DNA from: the human T2T-CHM13v2.0 reference genome, Homo sapiens
Direction: 5' to 3'
Length of the DNA stretch: 64,000 nucleotides
NCBI GenBank assembly: GCA_009914755.4
Contig: CP086569.2
Span: 27,168,001-27,232,000 of the forward strand
Shown here: positions 56,189 to 64,000 of the stretch, one piece after another
How the letters are laid out: every line of letters starts with the position of its first letter
How positions within the stretch are numbered: the stretch's first letter is position 1
The notes under the pieces: generated by a model
The model's database searches: none
What the model saw: only the letters and a program-made list of their open reading frames with translations
What the model was told of the DNA's origin: nothing
Translations under genes and position numbers: made by a program

Positions 56189-56475
56189 TTTTGAGATGGA
56201 GTCTCGCCCTGTCGCCCAGCCTGGAGTGCAGTGGCATGATCTCAGCTCACTGCAGTCTGCCTCTCAGGTTCAAGTGACTCTCCCACCTCAGCCTCCTGAG
56301 TAGCTGGGATTACAGGTGTGCATCACCATGTCCAGCTAATTTTTGTATATTTTAGTAAAGACTGGGTTTCAGCATGTTGGCCAGGCTGGTCTCAAACTCC
56401 TGACCTCAGGTGATTCCCCCGCCTGGGCCTCCCAAAGTTCTGGTATTACAGGTGTGAGCCACTGTGCCTGGCCTT
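56189..56475 (-). mobile_element. Alu SINE, antisense (intron 1)
   Basis: GAGATGGAGTCTCGCCCTGTCGCCCAGCCTGGAGTGCAGTGGCATGATCTCAGCTCACTGCAGTCTGCC ... GGTGTGAGCCACTGTGCCTGGCC. Confidence 0.9.
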
Positions 56476-57902
56476 ATTTTTATTATTTTGTTTATTGGTA
56501 TCTTCTGTGAACTTTTAGCCTCTTCAGAGGCAGAGGGAATATTTTTATTTGTGCTTATTTTATTATGCATAGATTTTAGTATATAAATAGGTTTTTATTA
56601 TAGCTTTATTACATATATGCAAACAATTTTTAATTATTTTAGTTTATCAGTGTCCTCATGAAAATGAAAACGAGCAAATATAAGTGATTATCACTATTCC
56701 AAGAGCACTGCTTTAATTTGTAGTTTTTTTCGTAATAAACTCCCCAACTGTATGTATGCATTCTTTCAATCCAGTTATTTGTCAAGCATAACCTGAATAC
56801 CTATTATGTAGCAGACACATTCCACCATCTCTCAGGACTCTTCCACCCTTAACAACTTCATGTTTACCTGCCCAGCCTGAGCAAGTTGAGATTTAAAATG
56901 GAAGCATTACGACTGAATCCTAATTGGGTCTTTTATTCCTTTTTTTTTTAAATAAAAGCAATTCTGAAGTTAGAAAATAGTGAAAGATAACCTTTAACTG
57001 CCATTTCAAAAACTTATGACCATCTCAAATACTACTATTAATCATTGCAAATACCTAATTTACATAACATTCTGTAAGTATTGAAAAAAATGAGCGATAC
57101 CTATTCATATGAATCCTGAGTTTCCTTTGGATTTTTTTTTTTTTGGAAAATTGAAGTAAGAAGTACTTTGTTTTAAAAATTTGTTTTTTTATTTTTGCCT
57201 TCTTTTTCCACAGTACTTTATTTAGGTGCAAATTATATGAGTAGAACTGCCTGTTCTATGTACTGTATCCCACTTAATGTGAGGCATCATGGATTAGGTG
57301 ATGCCACATTACTTTATATATCGATAAGATAATGTTTAAAACATTGCCAGTTATAATTGTAATAAGTAATGAATTGTAAACAGTATTCCAATGTCAAGAG
57401 ATGTTAATATATAAGAGAATAGTAGCTTATATAAGAGAATAGTGAGAATATGAGCATCTGAGAATGACTGAAATACAATGATACATCTAATCTTTAATAG
57501 ATACCTCAATGTAGATATGATTGTATCATTTTACTTAATTAAAATGTCTTTGTAAGTAGTAATATCTAAAAATTATTGAGCTGTTATTTGTGTTAGAAAG
57601 TGTTCTAAATGCTGTGCATAGATTGTTATGTAAGCATCACAGCAGTGTTCTGTGGGATAGCTACTATTCTCATATATTTTATTGATAAGGAAATTGAAGC
57701 AAAGAAAGGCTAAATAACAACTAAGTGACAGAGATTACAGTAAATTTTAAGCCCCAATTAAACTGAATCCAGAAGCCAAGCCTTTTCTATTAAATAGCCT
57801 GCTCTTTCATTAATGTGGCGAGTAATAAGTGCTAACAAATGTTGTACCTTCTTCACAAGAAAATTACATATTTGTGTTGAAGACAGAGAAATAACATGCT
57901 AA

Positions 57903-58076
<174 letters not shown>

Positions 58077-58227
58077 TGAATCTTTGAGCATGAGATGGAT
58101 TTGGTTTAAATATGTAGGATAAAATGAATTTATCTCATTGGAATACCACTATATAACTAGTTAGTAAATCCTACGGAGTGTTTATTTTGATTTTTCAGTA
58201 TTTGCGTGTTTCTCAGTCTAATACTGA

Positions 58228-58437
<210 letters not shown>

Positions 58438-60284
58438 TGAAATGCATTTATTTTAACATTGACCCATGTAAGGGTCAATTTTTCATATTTGGAAACTCAA
58501 ACATTCCTTGAATGAAAATATTTTGAAATGCCTTAACTGTCAAAGATTTTACTTTAAATATTGGAACTTTTAAAGAAGCATTATAAGGTATGGCTTTTTT
58601 TCATGCACTTATGGTAAATAATTATAAAAACAAATGAGTTACAATAAATTTATAATTCATGACAACTGAATTTGGGAGGGGTAATAGTGAAGTGTTTTTC
58701 CACTAAATTACTTTTTTCTAATCAGTGTGAAGTGACACAGGAAAGTAAAATTGGCCCTTATAAATAGGCTTTATTTTAAATTTCAAAGAAAATTAAAGAA
58801 TTTCACAATAAATGTACATCTTGTTGCTGTTGACAAATATTGTATGTGAAGGTGATTTCATTTGAAAGTGATTCCTCTGTGGAAAGGCTTAAGGGGGAAA
58901 TATGAAGAAAAGGAGAGCAATCAGAAATGCACAAGCTAATTTGGAAATTAGGTAATGAGGGAAAATACTGTGGAGAGGGTTTTTGTGTGTTTTGTTGTTT
59001 GTTTTCAATTTATATGTTTAGACAAGGATCGTTTCAGTTTTGGGGATGATTATTCTTACTTTGGGAAAGAGTTTGTGAGTTGTAAAATTGCCCAGGGATC
59101 AATTTTGGTAGGACTCTGAGGAAACCAGGTTGGCAGTGAATAGTGGTGATGATGTGGCACACAGTTCAGCAGAGAGAAGAACACATAATTAATGGACATT
59201 ATTCAATTCTGGCAGAAAAAGCCACTTAGATAAGCATCTAAACTCTACTCTCAAGTCCAGAATGTCTTGATGGGCAGGTGGGAGATAAGGAGCTTATAAA
59301 TAGTAAAATCAAGTTGGATTTTGAGTTTACTGGTCTCTTTTCTACCCCTACCCAGGAAAAGTAAATGAAATTTTCAGTGAATGGCTCTATCTTTTGCTCT
59401 TTCCTCTTTTCGGCCAAATCCCAAATGATAAAGGGAATTTGCCACATGGGTGAGAGATGAGACTGAAGTGATTATCAACTGTGCTGGTTCGCAGTTAGAA
59501 TTGTGCATGGCAGTAACCTGGGGAAATTAAAAGCAAATCTCTTAAGTCTAGGATATCCCCTGAAGATTTTAATATAGTAAATCTAGTATTTACTATTAAA
59601 TATTACTGGACATGTATGTTTTAAAATATTTCCTTGAAGCTGGGCATGGTGGTGCCTCTAGCCAGAGCCACAGAATAAGACACTGTCTCTAACAACAACA
59701 ACAACACCAACAACAATAAACAATTTCTTGAGACACTGATACACTGCTGGTCAAGAACCACTGAATAGATAAGTGTAATATAAATTCCCATATCTCAAAC
59801 ACATAAAAAATCTCTAGAAGAGTTAGATGATAGGAGCTGCTTCCTTTGAATTTCTCCTTTCCAATAATAATGGCCTGACTTTTACCTGTCTCTACCTCTG
59901 TGGGTGGGAAGTTAAAAGAACTATTACTTGCAATATCTATCAGAGTAAGAATAACACCTTTTCTTTGCCACCATCACTTATGCACTGCCATTCATAGGGT
60001 CGTTAGAAATTTGCTATTGTGGACTCTTTTAATAAGTAGAGACTGACTCTTTCAGGACTCTGAGTCTCTTTGTTATCATTGTGGTGATTAGGTCAATACA
60101 TCATTATTAAAAGAAGGGTTCTCTCAATTACAAGAGTAAAAAATTCTAAACCTTTTTTTAAAGCTGAAGCTCTATTATGGACTGCCTCACTATGTCAGTT
60201 AAGTACACAGAACTATGGCATAATCAGGATAGCAGTTTTAAACACTTAAAACCATGAAGTTAGTAAGAATACAGAGAATACATT

Positions 60285-60395
60285 TAGGTCATTATTAGAG
60301 CTTTAATTGGTAAGCCATCGTATTTTTATTTCTGATTTATATTTTACCTAAAATAAAAAAATTAGGTTACAATATAGAAACTAGAATAATTTAAT
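60285..60395. repeat. ~110-bp segment, copy 1 of a local direct duplication (see 61601-61715)
   Basis: TAGGTCATTATTAGAGCTTTAATTGGTAAGCCATCGTATTTTTATTTCTGATTTATATTTTACCTAAAATAAAAAAATTAGG... matches 61601-61715 at about 90%. Confidence 0.65.
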
Positions 60396-61227
60396 ATTAT
60401 TTTAATAATTTAGTTGCAGCAGTCCTGTGAACTAATTATCCATTTGGTGAACAATCTGGGAAAATTAAACATAAATTATGAATTAATGAATGTTGTAAAA
60501 GTGCTCAAAGTGGGGATTATGACTCTTAGTAACAATTTTAATTGCATTCTTGAGGCTATTTTGGAAAATAAAATCTGAAACTAAAGAAAGGAAATATTTT
60601 ACACGAAAATACTTGTTTTATATAGAATCGCTTGGAGACATATCCACAGCAAATATAAAAATACAAGGTCTATAGTCTAAATGTGTCTCATAGATGTGTT
60701 TAGTTTGCCTCTATAAATTGTCTCACAATGGAAGGTTTAGGAGACTCGTGCACAGATCTGGATTCCAGGCTTCTCTTCAAGAATCCAATCTGGTGTCCCT
60801 TGAGCCTATCTCATGTTTAGGACGCTGTGCAGAGGTTGCCCCTTTCTATGAGGCATGTGGTCTACATTTTGCTACTGTACTTCACTTCCTCAGGTCATCT
60901 CCCTTGCCTCTGTAGGGATGACTTTACAAGCCCTGTTTTATAATATATTTTAGTAAATATTTCAAGGTTTTCAAGACATTTTATATTTATTTAAATATGG
61001 AGTCTATATTTTATATAAATCCCTTGGTAATTGGGTTGAACTTTTGAATTTAGATGGTGGTGTTTTATAAATTATTTTTCTTTATATATACCATAAATAG
61101 TCATCTTCCCATTAGAATGCATGGAAGCTTTTTAAGGTGAATCATGGTATAGTTGCATAGGTTACGCATATTGCAGACAACGTTATATTTTTCTCTTCAG
61201 CATTGCCTCCTAAAAATGCAAATAATT

Positions 61228-61576
<349 letters not shown>

Positions 61577-61600
61577 TCATTATTCTATAAATAATTCATA

Positions 61601-61715
61601 TAGGTCATTATTAGAGCTTTAATTGATAAGCCACTGTATTTTTATTTCTGATTTATATTTTACTTAAAATAAAAAAAGTAAGAATTCATATGGAAACTAG
61701 AATACAAATAAATTT
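61601..61715. repeat. ~110-bp segment, copy 2 of the local direct duplication
   Basis: TAGGTCATTATTAGAGCTTTAATTGATAAGCCACTGTATTTTTATTTCTGATTTATATTTTACTTAAAATAAAAAAAGTAAG... Confidence 0.65.
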
Positions 61716-61880
61716 TTAAAGGAGTTATATACCAGGGTCCTAAGATTATAATTACATAAATATTTGCATCAGGGTCCTAAGATTGTAATTGAGAATAATA
61801 TTTTATACAGAGCTTTCTGACAGCTAAGATAAAAATATTACTAGAGAAAACCCATGGACTATTTAATAATAAGCAGTGAA

Positions 61881-62029
61881 AGTTCATTTGAAGCCTATCT
61901 CTATTAATTCAGAGCCTGGCTCTTCAAATTAAAAAGAGAGAGGCTTCAAATGAACTGTCAATCGTGTCAGAATCTCAGATGACAATGTCAGGTGTGAGCA
62001 CCTGACATTGTCATCTGAGATTCTGACAC
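61881..62029. repeat. Nested inverted repeats: an outer 15-bp inverted repeat (AGTTCATTTGAAGCC ... GGCTTCAAATGAACT) followed by a perfect 31-bp inverted repeat with a 4-nt loop (61964-62029)
   Basis: GTGTCAGAATCTCAGATGACAATGTCAGGTG-TGAG-CACCTGACATTGTCATCTGAGATTCTGACAC. The arms are exact reverse complements, read directly from the sequence. Confidence 0.85.
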
Positions 62030-62745
62030 CATCAATAGAAGAGAATGAGGCACGTGTGTATCACCTTTACTGGCAAGCTCTCACAACTGTATCCCTGAAA
62101 CTCTCATTTCTTAAATGTTAACAGTCTCCAAAATAAGTATTTACAAATAGGGATTAGGTGAAGTTCAAAAGATTTCTCAAATACTAGACACATAATGCAC
62201 AGTTTTGTAACATTTTTCAAACATGGGTGATCATGAAGTCTTTCTTTTGGGGTATAATGTTGAACTTCTGGTAAAGTAAATATCCTTTGGAATATATTAA
62301 TAGTTTAAGAAACACCGCTCTATAGATAATAATTTAGATCATTTATAAAAATACCTGAAACATTTATTACTGTGTCTTAGAGTTTGAGGACATAGAGAAA
62401 AAAATACAGCTGCTGCCCTCAAGAAGCTCTTGGTTCAGGTGGGAAACAATAAAATCCTTGAAACATGCCATGGTAAATGCTGTGACAGAAGCAAAGATTC
62501 TTGGAACTGGGAAGTGTTTGAAGTGAGTTTTGGAGATGACCAGAGTTCTTGTGGTGAGGCAGAGGAGGTTGTTTCCAGCGGAAGGAGCAGAACGTAGAAA
62601 AGCACCGAGGAGTGAAAAGAAAGGGACTACCTCTTATGTCCTTTCAATTGTATATATTTAAGCTCACAGGATCTTACATAAGGTTTTCAGTTCAGTTGAT
62701 AAATACGTAATTATGTGATTATAAATTGTTGCTGTTGTTTTACAG

Positions 62746-62862
62746 ACTGAATGTCAACCACTTTTACTGGCTGTGCGTCTAAGAAAACTGATAATGGTGG
62801 AAGTTTTATTAAACAAAAATGCAAATATAAATGCAATTGATTGTCTTAGCAGATACAGACCT
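62746..62862 (+). CDS. Ankyrin-repeat exon 4 of the ANKRD36-family gene; 3' boundary undefined; the frame closes at TAG 62863-62865
   Basis: The acceptor is GTTGTTTTACAG|ACT. It encodes TECQPLLLAVRLRKLIMVEVLLNKNANINAIDCLSRYRP*, matching ANKRD36 (N/C)EYQPLL(L/F)[28 protein letters not shown]. No GT donor is found before the in-frame stop. Confidence 0.6.
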
Positions 62863-63329
62863 TAGTTCTTATTGTATTGTTTTTAAACCTGAGTGTCATT
62901 GTAGAGTGGTAGCAGTCACTCAAGTCACAAATATTACATTAATAAGAAGACTAACTTTTAATTATTGGGATATAGTGAGAAATATCAACACAGATCATCA
63001 CTTAGGTAGAAAAACAATTATTTGGACTGAGTAACATAAAGAACAGTGTATAGCAGGATTTGTCTCTCTATATAGACATTATACACATAAAAGGCTTCTA
63101 TATATAGAAAGCTCTGTATATTGATAGATGTTTGTTATTTGTAATATGATGTGTTATTTATAATGTAATAATGTGATGCTTTTGATTGTATGATTTTATG
63201 TTAGCGAAAGGGGTTTCATGTTAGTTTTTCATTTCTACTGTGTTTTGATGTTGTTTTTAATTGATATGGGGAGAGGGAGAAAAGATAGCTTTCAATGGAT
63301 AAAACTTTACTTTAATGAAAACAAGCTTT

Positions 63330-63475
63330 AGGTTCACACAGGACTGGATTTAATCCCTAGCTTTCCCACTTGCTAGATGTGTGACCTTGGTAACATTACT
63401 TATCACCAAGTATGTTTTCTTCTGTGAAAAGGAGGGTAATAATATATCCTTCAAGGATGGTTGTGTGTAAGTAAC

Positions 63476-63480
<5 letters not shown>
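63330..63480 (+). mobile_element. MIR SINE relic
   Basis: CCCTAGCTTTCCCACTTGCTAGATGTGTGACCTTGGTAACATTACTTATCACCAAGTATGTTTTCTTCTGTGAAAAGGAGGGTAATAATATATCCTTCAAGGATGGTTGTGTGTAAGTAAC matches the MIR core (CTAGCTGTGTGACCTTGGGCAAGTCACTTAACCTCTCTGAGCCTCAGTTTCCTCATCTGTAAAATGGGGATAATAATACCTACCTCACAGGGTTGTTGTGAGGATTAAATGAG). Confidence 0.6.
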
Positions 63481-63534
<54 letters not shown>

Positions 63535-63822
63535 TTAGAATGTCCAGCTAACAGAGCAAGGTGCTGATGTTTTGGAAACAATGGCTGAGCATATGCTTAT
63601 GTGCATATATATAATATATATATACACATATGTATGTAAGAATATAATGTAAGTAACATCATATATAGTATATAATATATACTATATATAGATAATATAT
63701 AATCTATAATGTATATTATATATTTTATAGATAACATATAATATACAATATATTATATATGTATGATGTTACTTAAGTTACTTATACACAACCACCCTTG
63801 AAGGATATATTATCCTCCATAT
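63432..63822. repeat. Palindromic AT-rich region: about 45-bp inverted arms (derived from the MIR 3' part) flanking (TA)26 and an AT-rich core
   Basis: Left arm GGAGGGTAATAATATATCCTTCAAGGATGGTTGTGTGTAAGTAACAT. Right arm ATGTTACTTAAGTTACTTATACACAACCACCCTTGAAGGATATATTATCCTCC, its reverse complement at about 90% identity. An additional inner copy TGTAAGTAACATCAT lies at 63645. Confidence 0.65.
63476..63530. repeat. (TA)26 dinucleotide microsatellite
   Basis: Uninterrupted ATATAT... of about 54 bp. Confidence 0.95.
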
Positions 63823-64000
63823 GTATATATTTATATATATATAGTGTTTAATTAAATGCCTAGCACATGCTTATCAGCATCGTTAACTGAAGCTATGACT
63901 ACTACTATTAGCATTCCTATTAATATTATTGTTTTAAGCCTGCAGATAGCTCTTATCTAACCCTTTAGCTGATTTGGCATTATAATGTATAGTATCAGAC

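Overview
This window is primate, almost certainly human, nuclear genomic DNA. It is not prokaryotic, and most of the six-frame ORF track is spurious: translated Alu, L1 and GC-rich satellite sequence. Roughly half of the window is interspersed repeats. There are about 45 Alu copies, several of them nested inside older L1 elements. Four composite L1M/L1P elements are recognisable at 4.8-6.6 kb, 22.3-26.5 kb, 30.0-31.9 kb and 41.0-46.3 kb. There is a young L1PA 3' end, several MIR fragments, one possible L2 relic and a MADE1 mariner MITE. Two retro-pseudogenes are embedded in L1s: a U6 snRNA pseudogene inside L1 ORF2 sequence near 4.9 kb, and a cytochrome c (CYCS) processed pseudogene inserted into an L1 3'UTR at 44.5-46.0 kb. 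The distal third is the most unusual part. A 3.05 kb G-rich hexamer minisatellite with strong strand asymmetry (46.3-49.4 kb) is followed by a GC-rich segment, then a ~48-bp GC-rich minisatellite. That minisatellite is split by an L1 ORF2 fragment which itself carries a young AluY. Next come a CpG-island-like promoter region with ~55-bp tandem repeats, then the 5' end of an ankyrin-repeat gene on the + strand. The gene is an ANKRD36-family (ANKRD26-like superfamily) member: a start-codon exon and three ankyrin-repeat exons with canonical splice sites. The start-codon exon carries an in-frame TAG at codon 9, and the reading frame closes just after the fourth exon, so this copy may be a pseudogene or divergent paralog. 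Other structures worth a second look are a perfect 31-bp inverted-repeat hairpin, a palindromic AT-rich region around a (TA)26 microsatellite, ~110-bp direct repeats, and a tandem Alu triplication. No prokaryote-style defence or metabolic system is present. The points of interest are structural (satellites, palindromes, nested retrotransposition) and the ankyrin-repeat gene 5' end. Coordinates of repeats are approximate (about ±10 bp).
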